DNA of 64,000 nt from Eledone cirrhosa (taxonomy: Eukaryota). Below are positions 43,753-55,300 of the stretch, one piece after another (within the stretch, counting starts at the first letter, position 1; the number at the start of each line of letters is the position of its first letter). The notes below the pieces were generated by a model. It was not told where the DNA came from. It worked only from the letters and a program-made list of their open reading frames with translations, and did no database searches. The stretch spans positions 43,090,001 through 43,154,000 of the forward strand of contig OZ024748.1 in NCBI GenBank assembly GCA_964016885.1. Reading direction: 5' to 3'. Made by a program: the position numbers and the translations under genes.

Positions 43753-43938
43753 GATTGGCAGTATCGTTAGAGGGTTGGACGCTATGCTTTGAAGCATAGA
43801 GTTACAGCCTTTGCCATTCTGAGTTCGAATCCCGCCGAGGTTAACTTTGCCTTTCATCCTTACGGGGTCGATAAAATAAAGTACCAGTAATGCACTGGGA
43901 TAATTGCTGGCCTTGTGCCAAAAGTAGAAACAATTATT
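43753..43938 (+). mobile_element. tRNA-derived SINE copy
   Basis: B-box-like gagttcgaatccc, same core and tail as 52752-52935; further copies or fragments at ~44230-44370, 60310-60380 (-) and 61439-61623. Confidence 0.85.
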
Positions 43939-44740
43939 AAAAAAACGGCTTTAAAAATATCACCCAGATCTTGAGCCACATGTTTTAATTGTGACGTTGA
44001 GCTGCAGGTCTCACATGTGACGTTGAGCTGCAGGTCTCACGTGTGACGTTGAGCCACGTGTTTTAGAAACATTTCCGGTAACAAACATTCGAATCTCCGA
44101 CCCCTGGACAATGAGGGAAAACACTCTATGGTGTGCATAACCCCAGGCGTATGTCTCTTCATGGTTCCAGCCGAGAAATCAGAGAAAGTGTTACTCCAGA
44201 GAACAGTCTTAGTCGAAGAGGGTAGAGAGCTGGTTCAAATTTCACCGAGGTCAATTTTGCTTTTCATCTGTTCAGGGGTTAATTAAATAAAGTACCAGTC
44301 AAGTACTGGGGATCGATATGATGAATCCCACGTCTAATTGAGGGCCTTGTGTCTAAATTAGAGAGAATTACTAGTTATTACATGGATGAGTAAACTGTAG
44401 AAGAAAAGAGAACATTAAATTGTCAGCAAGTATTGTAATTAAGTGGAAGCGGTGAACTGTGGATAATTTAGGACGTAAATAGAATGTTTTAAAGCTACAA
44501 TAATCATCACATGCCCCAATTGATGTAGAAAAGACTCCAAGAGAAATGGAAATAAACAATTCTCCTAAGTTATACTGGCAACCAAAATTACTGGGGAACC
44601 AAAATATATATATATTTTATTTTTGTTGTTGTTTTTGTTTATTTGTCAGAAGAATGAAAATTTTCGAAAAAGACGATTCTTATAATATTCTATAAGTTTC
44701 TAACTTGTTGCAATTCTAGTGAAATTATATGGTTGTCTGT

Positions 44741-44794
<54 letters not shown>

Positions 44795-45439
44795 TTCGTA
44801 AAACGTCTGTTGTTTAGAATATGTAATTATATATATATTTATTCCTTGGTTTCCAATCTCGCCTGAATGTTAATAAATCAGAGAATTAATAGCTCGTTCA
44901 ACGTGTCCAACCTACCAGCCAGCCTCCCATCCACCCACCCGGCCAGCCTACCATCCACCCACCCGGCCGGCTTCCCATTCATCCAGTCACCCCACCAGCC
45001 AGCCAGCCAGCCAACTTGCCAGCCAGACTTTCACACCTATTAACTGTTAATTAAATTTCCCAAGTGGCTTCACAATAGAGAAGAGAAAAAGAAAAAGAGT
45101 GTGTGTGTATGAGAGTGAGAGAGAGAAACAGAAAGAGTGTGTATGTGTGGTAGACAAAAAGACAGAAATAGAGAGTGAAAGAGGAGGAAGGGGGAGAGAG
45201 AGAAAGATACTCAGAGAGAAAGAGAGTGTGAGAGAGGGGGTGAGAGAGAGAGAGAGGGGGGGGAGAGAGGTGAGCTGTACAATGTCTCCAATCATATCTT
45301 ATCTTGTTATGTCAATATTTTGTCAAAGAAATTCTGGATCTTTTCACACGCTCTGTTGCTTGTTAAGGTTTCTATATAATAGTTCTGAGATCTGAGCTCA
45401 ACACACACACACACACAGACACACACACACACACACACA

Positions 45440-45514
<75 letters not shown>

Positions 45515-45846
45515 ACACATATATATATATACGGAAAATGTGTCAAAATGTATATTTAAAAAGTCATTATTTCTGCCAAAGCCAGTTAAATATTAAATAC
45601 AAAAATCTTAGAACTGGATCTTGTGAATTATATTTGTTTCTATCAAATAAGTTTATACTTTATAATCTAATTATAATTACATTAGTAAAGTATAGATTAT
45701 AATTACATTAGTAAAGTTTAGTTTATATAGAAACAATTAATTAGTCAAACAAAATAATTAAAATAGAAAAACTACTGAGCTATGAAAGAGAAGTTATGAA
45801 AGAGAAACGCTAAGATGGCAGAGAAAACATTGCAACGGTTTCTAAT

Positions 45847-45974
<128 letters not shown>

Positions 45975-46103
45975 GCACACACATGTTTCATTCGAAGGAA
46001 ATCATTAGAGCTTTCCTGATGATTTCCTTCGAATGCAACAGCTCTAGTCCTGTAGAAGCCATTTCTATATTAAATTTGTCGTATACACTCTATTAATATA
46101 TTG

Positions 46104-46145
<42 letters not shown>

Positions 46146-46148
<3 letters not shown>

Positions 46149-46384
46149 AAGAAATTAAAAGATGGTTAAAGAAGTTCCATATATTTTATTATGCGCATTT
46201 CGAAAACATCATCATCTTGGGACAAAAATTGTGTTCTCATCAGATAAAATAAGGTAACATGATATGAGGCCTAAAAACACTTGTCAACAGAAAGGTGCAA
46301 AACCTACATATGATATGATGTTGTTTTCGAAATGCGCATAATAAAATATATGGAACTTCTTGAACCATCTTTTAATTTCTTCTT
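46146..46384. repeat. Inverted repeat with ~65-70 bp arms
   Basis: aagaagaaattaaaagatggttaaagaagttcc...tgcgcatttcgaaaaca versus tgttttcgaaatgcgca...ggaacttcttgaaccatcttttaatttcttctt. Confidence 0.93.
46183..46250 (-). ncRNA. Type I hammerhead ribozyme candidate (best copy)
   Basis: Minus strand: AUUUUAU-CUGAUGA-gaacac...uguuuuc-GAAA-ugcgca-UA-AUAAAAU; 7-bp stem I, intact core, palindromic AUGCGCAU stem III, AUA triplet. Confidence 0.72.
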
Positions 46385-46705
46385 TAATATATACTCCAGT
46401 TCTACCAACTGTTGAGTGCTACTTATCTATATGCATACTTTTATTGTTCTACAATATTACTCACCTTCTAAACAATTATTATTATTATTATTGGCGACCT
46501 ACGTAGTAAATCGTATCATCGTGAGCTCCGCAAAGGTTTGTTATTTTCAGTTGTTCAAAATTGCCATTCATGGAAAATTTTATTGTTAACTGTATATAAG
46601 TGCACATACATTGTTATCTGAAAAGGACACCCAAAAAGATTGGGGCCTTGAGCCCAAAATTTAAACTTTTATAATTATCAAACAAAAATTTTTCTTTGAA
46701 ACATC

Positions 46706-48657
46706 ATGGCTGACTCAGAGTCACTCCTTTCTCACAAACTAACACCTCACACCGACACCACCATTGTAAATATTGTTACGTTTGCCAACACTAAAAAAAA
46801 ATATAAGCAGTAGCAATATTTTAAATTTGTCTCAGGCAGACATTCATTTCCCGCCATTACCAATGACTGCAGGTGTTAAAGCCGCCACCACCACCACTAC
46901 CGCGACAACCCCTACCCCCACCACCACCGCGACAACAGAAACAAAAGAAAAAAATAAATTAACTTGTGATATCGAAATGAATTCAACCAAAATGAACTCT
47001 TCCACACCGAACACCACTGACGCCACCACCACCACAACTGAAACTAAAATTAATAATAACAAAAATAACGATAACAAGAACAGCAACAATGACATTAAGA
47101 AAACCACCCTGAGTTTTGCCAGAGTAGCAAAACAGTGCGAAGCATTTCAGGTAACTCAGGAGGAATTAGAAGAAGCCAAAAAAATGGTAAAGAAAGATGG
47201 ATATAGGGTCAGCCTCACCCCCCACCCCACCTAACAAAATGGAGCATCGGCGCCTATGCACCGTGTCTTATCGAACAATTAATATAAAAGCGCGCCGAGT
47301 GGAACGGGCATCCGAGTCCCAAATCCAAAAAGCTTTGGGACATGTGTGGGCAAAAAAACCCCACATCAGACGTGGGCAGAAGTATGGAACCGTGGACGTG
47401 TTCTTTGAAACACCACAGGAGGCTAGAAAACACTCCATGGCCCCATTAAGAAGTGACGACTTCACACTCGTCCCAAACTATTGTGGCCAGAGACTCGTAA
47501 AGATCAGGGTCACCCACGTTCCACCGGCCATCGAAATTCCCTGGCTAATAGCTGCCGTCCTTGCCGGCATCGAAGCCAACACCAAGATAATCGAAATAGC
47601 GAAAGAAAAGCAGGCGAACTGGTCCGGATCTGGGATGGAGCTCCTGATCCAAGCGGACCAAAAAAGCATTGAGGAGATCCCAGAGGTAATAGACCTCACT
47701 GACGGTAGCCACCTCACCGTAATTGTCGAGGGCAGAAAGCCTAGGTGTGTCGTTTGTGGTGAAGGAACCCACCTAAGGGCTTTCTGCCCTCAGGCTAAAA
47801 GGTTGAGGCCACCTCTCCTACCCACCCCAGTGACTCAACCATCAACACCACCAGCATCAGAGATGGCAGCAACAACTGTAGCAGCAACAACAGAAGCAAC
47901 TGTAACAGTAACAACCCCAGCAACAGTAGCAAAACCAACACCACCACCACCCAACGCACTAGAACTAGCACCAGCGCCTACACCATCCACCACGCCACAA
48001 CCAAAACTAACGCCTGTGGAGGATTTTCCACTCCCCGGCCTATCACAACTGGAGACAGATTGTGACGACGAGGAGTGGGAAACGATATCAGGAAAAAAGA
48101 AAAAAAAAAGAAACCAAAAAAGAAAAAAATTCTCTTCCTTCCCCCTCCAAAAGCAAAATATAGAGGGAAACAAATAAACTATCAAACAAAAAAGTTAGGA
48201 CAGATATGCCACCATCCACACCAGCATCACCAACCCCATCATCCCAAACACCAACACCATCACCATCATTAACCCCAACACCACCATCACCTACACCACA
48301 AAAGTCACCAAAAAGTGAAACAGAAACAAACCTACAACAAACACAAACAACCAAAACGATACACACTACACAGCATTAAATTTGAACAACAACCAATTAT
48401 TATACTACATCCAACACAACACCAACATCACAGAAAAAGACTACACAACAACCCAAAAGTTCACACCACCTCCACACATACAAATCACTCGCATCACACA
48501 GAAAACGTACATGACACTAAAACAAAAATTCCCCAAAGACATCGGAGACTTCCGACAAGCACTCTCCAGGAGGATTTATAAGGACATCCTTCCTGAGGAG
48601 GCCACAAGCAGTGAAAAGGATGGAGAAACCGTCCTTCCTCTACGAGAAGTAAGGTAA
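46706..48657 (+). pseudogene. Copy A ORF1 (gag-like, zinc knuckle), frameshifted
   Basis: Fragments 46773-47234, 47197-48177 and 48382-48657 are collinear with copy B ORF1; CVVCGEGTHLRAFC = C-X2-C-X4-H-X4-C; breaks near A/C homopolymers; start ATG 46706 is tentative. Confidence 0.8.
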
Positions 48658-48691
48658 GTGGTCTTTCCCATATTTTCCACTCCATTTCAAC

Positions 48692-51600
48692 ATGACCTCA
48701 CTCAGAATAGGCAGCATAAATGCGCGTGGATTGGGGTCGTCATGGAAGCAGGGCCACCAGCTCAATGACCTCAGGTCACTAAACATAGATGTAGTGGCCA
48801 TCAGCGAGACCAGAATCTCCGAAGCACGGGCCTTCGCACCGATCTTCGGCGGCTACGATGTGTACGCATCTCCCAGCTGTCCGGGATCGGGGGGAGGAGT
48901 TGCTGTTCTTTTTCGGAGAGGTTTGGATCTCGCCATACGGGCCATCTTCCTGGACCCAGAAGGTAAGTTGGTGGTGCTGGACGTGACCAGCAGAGACGGG
49001 CAAGATTTCAGGCTAGTGGCCGTCTATGCCCCGACAGGAGCAGGGCGGCCTGATTTCTTCCGGCGTCTGGAGACCTGTCTTGGAACGTCCCGCTCTTTAG
49101 TGTTAGTGGGCGACTGGAACGGGATCTTAGATGCACGCTGGGACTGTGTGGGATTAGTGGATAGGGGAGGAGGGTGCAAGAGTCTCACCAACCTGCTCAG
49201 GCGTTTTGAACTGTCTGACAGGTACCGATTGTATTTCCCGAATGTGCCAATGTGGACTTGGACAAATCGCATAGGGTCATCCAGATCATATCTAGATAGA
49301 GTATTTTGTAGGGAAATAGATAGGTCTAGCATAGGCTGTCCACAATTCAAGATAGTCAGCTACACGGACCACAAATTCGTGATCTGTGTGCTTGACTTCA
49401 TAGACGAGGACCCAGCTACTGGAAGCTAAACGCGTCCTTACCAGCGCGCAAGGCCTACAGAGACCGGATTAGCGAACTAGTTAAGCGGGCGTTGACGGGG
49501 GCCATAATCAACAACAAGTGGTGGTTTGCTCTGAAAAGAGTCCGTTAGGTTTAGTAAGGCTTTAGCAATAGAGAAAAATAGAGCAGAGGGAGAATTAGTT
49601 AGAAAATTAGACGAGGCGCTTAGCAAAAGCATCGCGACCGACGTACTTGCGGCGAAATTGGCCCTTGACCAATTCTTCAATGCAAAGCACGAAGGCTGCG
49701 TTGTCAGAGCAAGGGTGCGTGCTCTCAGACACGAAGGGACGAAAGCCGTTCAATGGGTCCGAGTGGCGGAGGCGCGTCGTGGCAACAAAGCCACGATCCG
49801 GTCTTTGGTGGACCACGACGGGCGCATGCTACTCGATCCCGGGCAAATGTGTGAAGCTTTCCAGCGACACTTCGCCCAGCTGTTCGGGGGCATCGGCGGG
49901 CCGAATCGAGGGATGGACTTTAGTGTCTACCTCGACGGACTGCCGCGGCTCTCGGCCACTGAGGCGGAGTGTTGCGAAAAGCCGATAACAGCTGCTGAAG
50001 TACGGGAGGCAATGACTAGCTGCACAAGGGGTAAATCGCCTGGTTTGGATGGTCTGCCCTATGAACTTTACGTACAGATGCCAGACTTGTTCGGAGGCCT
50101 CTTGGCGGACGTCTACTGCAACTGGCAACAGAACGGGAGAATTCCTAGCTCTGTGAGCCGAGGAGCGGTGGCGCTGCTGAGAAAGGATCCGAACAAGGGG
50201 GATAACATAGATAATTTCCGGCCCATAACTCTGCTAAACCCAGAGTTCAAGATTTTGGCCAAGGTGCTAGCAAAGAGGTTGGCGCTTGTCGTTGGTGGTC
50301 TGGTGGGAGAGGCGCAGACATGCGCCATTCCCGACAGATCCATCCACGACAACCTCCACCTCATGCGATACATCGTAGAGAGGGTAGCTAGGGAACCTGG
50401 CACGGGTGGGTCCTTGATCAATTTAGATCAGTCGAAAGCTTTCGATAGGGTCGACCATCGTTACCTAGCGGCAGTCCTGAGGGCGGCTGGCTTTGGGCCC
50501 GTCTTCAGAGGCTGGATCGCTGCCATGCACAGCGACATCTGCTCTGTGGTGAGAGTGAACGGTCACCTTTCGGAACCGTTCAACATCATGCGCTCGGTCC
50601 GCCAAGGATGTCCCCTCTCGTCCCTCTTGTACGTATTGACTCTCGAACCATTACTGCACAAACTGGAGACGTTGAGGGGGGGGGGTCCCGCGGGAACTAG
50701 GATGCGGAAGATCCGTGTTAGCATATGCGGGCGATGACACCGTAGTGGTGTCGAACGCCAAACACATCGAGGTGATCGGCACTACACTAAGAGAATACGA
50801 AGCGGTGATAGGAGAAATGATCAACCAGGAAAAGTCACTGGGCCTGCAGCTCGGCACCTGGAGAGGCAAGTCCATGCCGTCCAACAGCGTCGTCGGGCGC
50901 TGGACGGACGGACCGGTTAAATTGCTAGGGGTCTGGTTCGGTCCGGACCTCCAGACGGACAAAAACTGGGACGACGTGACGAGCAGGGTGGCTTCTCTCA
51001 CCCAGAAATGGGCGGAGAGGAAGCTATCCCTGAAAGGTCGAGCGGAGGTGGCTAACGCGTACATCGCGTCCGTCATCTACTACCGCCTGACCGTTGTACC
51101 TTGTCCAAAGCCCCGCCTGACTGCGCTGGAGCGTTTGCTCTTTCGCTTTTTGTGGAAGGGACGCGCTCCGATGGTCAGGTGGTCCATCTGCTGTCAACAC
51201 CCGCTACGTGGAGGGCTGGGCATGCCGTGGCTGATGATGCGCAGACACGCGCTCAGGCTACGACATCTCCACCTCTTCCTCGACGGTGATCAGGCGTGGT
51301 CGCCGTTTGCTAGACACGTCTTTCCCCAGCTCGTCTCCTTGACGGAGCTGCAGTCCTGGGTCAAGCGAAGACCGAGAGGGAACGCTTGGAGACTGGAATG
51401 TCTTCAGGCGCTCACAGCCCTCGACCAATCGGGCAATGTGATCGGTGGAAACTCCACCTTGGTGTTCTATAGAGGATTAGTGGAGGGGAAGAGCGACGAC
51501 GTACTTGGAGAAACTGTAGGCGTCGACGAAAATCAACTAGCCAATCTCTTCGGAAGGACTTTCGGGCCGGGGCCTATGGACAACTTCCAGAAATCCCTGG

Positions 51601-52091
51601 CCTGGCAGTGCTGCCGAGGAGCTTTGCCAGTTCGGGATAAACTCTACAGGCATGGAGGTGCCGTCAGGCGGGCATGTCCGAGATGCGCACAGCTCGACGA
51701 AACCGTCCTGCACGCACTCGTCCAGTGTCCGAGCATTGCTGACTTGTGGGTTTATGTCGAACACCTGCTGTCACGTGTAGGACGGATCCAGCTATCAGCT
51801 GAGTCCATCGTGAGGATTGCCCCGCCCTCTTCCTTTGGCCGGGAAGGGCAGGCAGTTTTTATCTGTCTGGTGGCCATGGCGAAAGAGATAGTATGGTGGA
51901 CACGTTTGAAAGGGCTGAAGACGAGCACTTACCTCTTCGGTGATGCCCTGATTGACTTTTTCAAATTTCATTTGAAAAGGAAAATCGGGGTAGAGAGCGA
52001 AGTGCTCTCTTCCCAGCATTTTGTTGAAAGATGGGTGAGAGAAGCAAGTATGGCCAGAGTGAATGGGCCTACTCTGAGTATGTATCTGTAA
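48692..52091 (+). pseudogene. Copy A ORF2 (APE endonuclease - reverse transcriptase - zinc finger), disrupted
   Basis: SINARGL, ISET, GDWN, YLDR, YTDH (APE); KSPGLDG, FRPITLLN, DQSKAFDRVDH, VRQGCPLS (RT); catalytic motif reads YAGDD; CPRC-X8-H-X4-C; small deletions at ~49397 and ~49540 and a frameshift at the G-run 50676-50685. Confidence 0.92.
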
Positions 52092-52363
52092 ATTAAAGGT
52101 GGAAAACTGGGAGAAGGCACTTGCTCTGGTGGTCAGGGTCACTGTGGCCTTTTACTGGGCTTTCTCCACAAATGTCCCTCCGAAGTCTCCCCCCTATTGG
52201 GGAATTTTTCATTGTTATTTTTTGTTACATCCTCTGTTTTTGTTTTTTTACACGCAGAAATGCCCATTTGTACCGTCCTGTATTGTCCTGCACTGTCCTT
52301 AATATCTACTTTATGTAAACCCTTGTGGTTAATAAAGAAATCATTATTATTATTATTATTATT

Positions 52364-52723
52364 CCTTGAATCTCAGTCATTGATGTTAGTTAACTGGAAA
52401 GTCCGTTGGAATGAATATCAAGCCACTACCTGCAGCCTCAGATATTCAGGACGTATCGGAGGGTTCTTGCCGTTCCCAGCAAGCATGCCTTTTGAAGCGT
52501 TCCAAAAAGCGTGAAGGGGCCGATTTTCTTTAACCATCCCTGGAAACTTTTGGAGATAGTCCCCAGTGCGCCTATGACAATCGGGATCACTTTGACTTCA
52601 TGGCAGTTCCAAATCCTTTTTACCTCCCACTTTAAGTCCTGGTATCGGTTAATTTTCTCCCTCTCCTTCTCTTGCACTCTCGTGTCGAATGGGCAGGCCA
52701 CATCCACAATCAGACACGATCTC
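52364..52723 (-). mobile_element. 3' fragment of an R4/Dong-like non-LTR element (restriction-like endonuclease C-terminus)
   Basis: RSCLIVDVACPFDTRVQEKEREKINRYQDLKWEVKRIW...VIPIVIGALGTI...LQKACLLGTARTLRYVL*; (TAA)n tail on the minus strand and (TAA)n at the truncated 5' end. Confidence 0.85.
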
Positions 52724-52751
52724 ATTATTATTATTATTATAATAATAATAA

Positions 52752-52953
52752 GGCGGTGGATTAGCAGTATCGGTAGAGAGTCGGACACCATGCTTTCCAG
52801 CATAGTTACGTCCCTTTACGATCTGAGTTCAAATCCCGCCGAGGTTGACTTTGCCTTTCATCCTTACGGGGTCGATAAAATAAAGTACCAGTAATGCACT
52901 GGGTAATTGCTGGCCTTGTGCCTAAAGTAGAAACAATTATTATTATTATTATT
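52752..52953 (+). mobile_element. Complete tRNA-derived SINE with (ATT)n tail
   Basis: A-box-like tagcagtatcgg, B-box-like gagttcaaatccc, conserved core, tail gtagaaaca(att)n; several copies in the window. Confidence 0.87.
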
Positions 52954-53168
52954 GAATGCTATGGTTGACAGAGGCTCGGCTCTGTAAGGTACTGTAAATT
53001 TTGAACGCTTTAACAATTGTAAATTGTTTAAAACTTAGACCAACTTGTAGACAAAAACACCCTCCTCCTCGTGAGAGGGGTCTTTCTGCCCGTTATTTGG
53101 CCCTTCGGGGTTAAATCACTGCTTATTGGGGTTTTGTACCCAATATTTATTTTTAACAAAAAAACAAC

Positions 53169-55265
53169 ATGGCTACGAAAAAGAATTTGCATAGGTCACT
53201 CCCACTCATTCCGTCTTCTTTTTCCTCAATCGTCACTACAGCAGAGAGAAGATTGTCTCTCTCCCTCCCTTCTTTAAATGTGTCTCTCTCCCTCCCTTCT
53301 CTTTCGCAAGCGACGAAAGAAAATAAAAGTCTCGTGCAAAGCGTGCAAGGTTTCTCCACGACGACGACGACAGCGACGAAACAGGTGTGCGGGAAATACG
53401 AAAACCCAGCTTATTCGTCTGACGTCAGGAATAATAGCAGTAGCAGCCGTAATAACAACAGCAACAGTGACAATGAAAACAACAGTAGCAGCCGCAACAG
53501 CATCACCAGCAGCATAAACAACAACAGCATTAGCAGCAGCAACACCAACAACAACCACAGCAACAGCGGCGGAGGCAGTAGTCGTAGTACCTGCAGCAAC
53601 AACAAAAGTACCAGCAGCTCTGACGACAACAACAACAGCAGCAGAGAAAAACCAATCTCATTTGCAGGTATTGCGAAAAACTTGGAAACGATCCTCATAA
53701 CAAATGAGGAATTAGAGGAAGCGAAGAAGATAGTGACAAAGAATGGACACCGAGCAATCTGCAAGGCAGCGGAAAAATTTTTCGAAACCCAACAGCACTG
53801 TACGGTCACGTACCGTACAGTAAGTACAAAATCCCGTAGGGTGGAAAGAGCCACAGAGGCTCAAATACAAAAAGCCTTGGGGTCTGTGTGGCAGCGGAAA
53901 ACGCACATCACCCGAGGCAAAAAATATGCCACCGTAGACGTACTTTTTGCCACAGCCCAGGAGGCAAAGGCCCAATCCGTAGTGACCCTAAGGAGCGAGG
54001 AAATGGTGTTGGTGCCCTCCTACTGCGGGCAAAAAATTGTGAGGGTCAAACTGACCCCCCCTCCCCCCGGAATGGCCCCTTCTTGGCTGGCCGCGTCTGT
54101 CCTCGTCGGAATCGAGGACAAAACAACTGTACTGCAAGTACAGAAAAAAGTAAGAGAAGATTGGGTCGGCACCTCCATTGAGATGCTAATCCAAACCAAC
54201 CAGGAGTGCATCGAAGCTATCCCGGATGTGATAGACTTCGATAACGGCACTCAACTGCCCATAAGTGTTGAGGGAAAACGCCCGAAATGCTTTCGCTGTG
54301 GATCGAAGACTCACCTCAGGGCCTTCTGCAACGAGAAGACCCTGAGAAAGGAGAAACCCCCCCTCCTTCCGAAACCGGCTCCACGGCTACCAGCAACAGG
54401 ACAAGCGGCAACCAGGAACGATAGGTCCGTGGCACCCATACCCACGCCACGGAAATCAAAAACAGCAGCAGCAGTGGAAATATTAACAACAACAACAGCA
54501 ATACCAAATGCAGCTGCAACAGAGACTCCAGTGCAAACATCACCAACAACAACAAGTGAAAGAGTGGAGCTGGTACCCCTCCCCGACCTCACAGAATCAG
54601 ACATGGAGTGTGAGGTGGGAGAGAGATGGCAAAAGGTCGTAAGAAGGCACAAACGCAGAAGCAGCGCATCGTCGCCTTTGAAAAGGGAGGAAAGAAATGA
54701 GAAAAGGGTAAAGTCTACTGCAAAGAGACCCACAGCAGCAACACCACCAACACCATCACCACCCACACTAGCACCACCATCACCACCGGCGACAACCCCA
54801 CCGCCAACAACACCTTCAACACCACCACCACAAGCACCAACATCGCAAACACAACAAAACACACACACCCAGCAACAACGACAAGAAAATAGCAGAACCA
54901 CACCCCACCCCCAGAAAAACAAATGCACGGCAATAAATACACACAACAAGAAACAAATGACTTACATAATTGAACACACAGACATTTCACAACACGACTA
55001 CATAATACCAGCACCAATCAAAACGCCAACTAACATAAGACTGCTAAAAATAGCACAGAAACAATACACAAACATTAAAACGAAATTCCCCAACGCAGTT
55101 GGTGATTTCAGTGACCTAGGAGGAACTATCAATCGAAGAGTATATTCAGACATTCTCTTAGAAGAGCCGACGACCAGCCGAAGGGACGATTCAACGGTCC
55201 CTTCACCAGACGAACAAGTGAAAAGGGATGTAAAAACCATCCCTCCTCTACCAAAAGTACGGTAA
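53169..55265 (+). CDS. Copy B ORF1, 698 aa gag-like nucleic-acid-binding protein
   Basis: Uninterrupted ORF; low-complexity N/S tract, folded central core, CFRCGSKTHLRAFC knuckle, Pro/Thr linker, WQKVVRRHKRR basic motif, C-terminal domain shared with copy A. Confidence 0.88.
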   Translation: MATKKNLHRSLPLIPSSFSSIVTTAERRLSLSLPSLNVSLSLPSLSQATKENKSLVQSVQGFSTTTTTATKQVCGKYENPAYSSDVRNNSSSSRNNNSNSDNENNSSSRNSITSSINNNSISSSNTNNNHSNSGGGSSRSTCSNNKSTSSSDDNNNSSREKPISFAGIAKNLETILITNEELEEAKKIVTKNGHRAICKAAEKFFETQQHCTVTYRTVSTKSRRVERATEAQIQKALGSVWQRKTHITRGKKYATVDVLFATAQEAKAQSVVTLRSEEMVLVPSYCGQKIVRVKLTPPPPGMAPSWLAASVLVGIEDKTTVLQVQKKVREDWVGTSIEMLIQTNQECIEAIPDVIDFDNGTQLPISVEGKRPKCFRCGSKTHLRAFCNEKTLRKEKPPLLPKPAPRLPATGQAATRNDRSVAPIPTPRKSKTAAAVEILTTTTAIPNAAATETPVQTSPTTTSERVELVPLPDLTESDMECEVGERWQKVVRRHKRRSSASSPLKREERNEKRVKSTAKRPTAATPPTPSPPTLAPPSPPATTPPPTTPSTPPPQAPTSQTQQNTHTQQQRQENSRTTPHPQKNKCTAINTHNKKQMTYIIEHTDISQHDYIIPAPIKTPTNIRLLKIAQKQYTNIKTKFPNAVGDFSDLGGTINRRVYSDILLEEPTTSRRDDSTVPSPDEQVKRDVKTIPPLPKVR

Positions 55266-55300
55266 GTGGTCTTTCCCATCTTTTCCACTCTATTTTAAAC

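Larger units (their letters stand above)
46493..52363 (+). mobile_element. Full-length L1/Tx1-type non-LTR retrotransposon, copy A (disabled)
   Basis: ORF1 with CCHC knuckle; ORF2 with APE endonuclease, RT and C-terminal Cys/His motif; AATAAA at 52331; (ATT)n on both flanks (46474-46492, 52343-52363). Confidence 0.93.

Noticed and set aside
41514-43792. Repetitive Tyr-rich ORFs on both strands
   Set aside because: Product of the 48-bp tandem unit; no evidence of coding constraint.
50676-50685. Programmed ribosomal frameshift at the ORF2 G-run
   Set aside because: Run length and shift direction differ between copies, and both have other disabling lesions; slippage or sequencing error is simpler.
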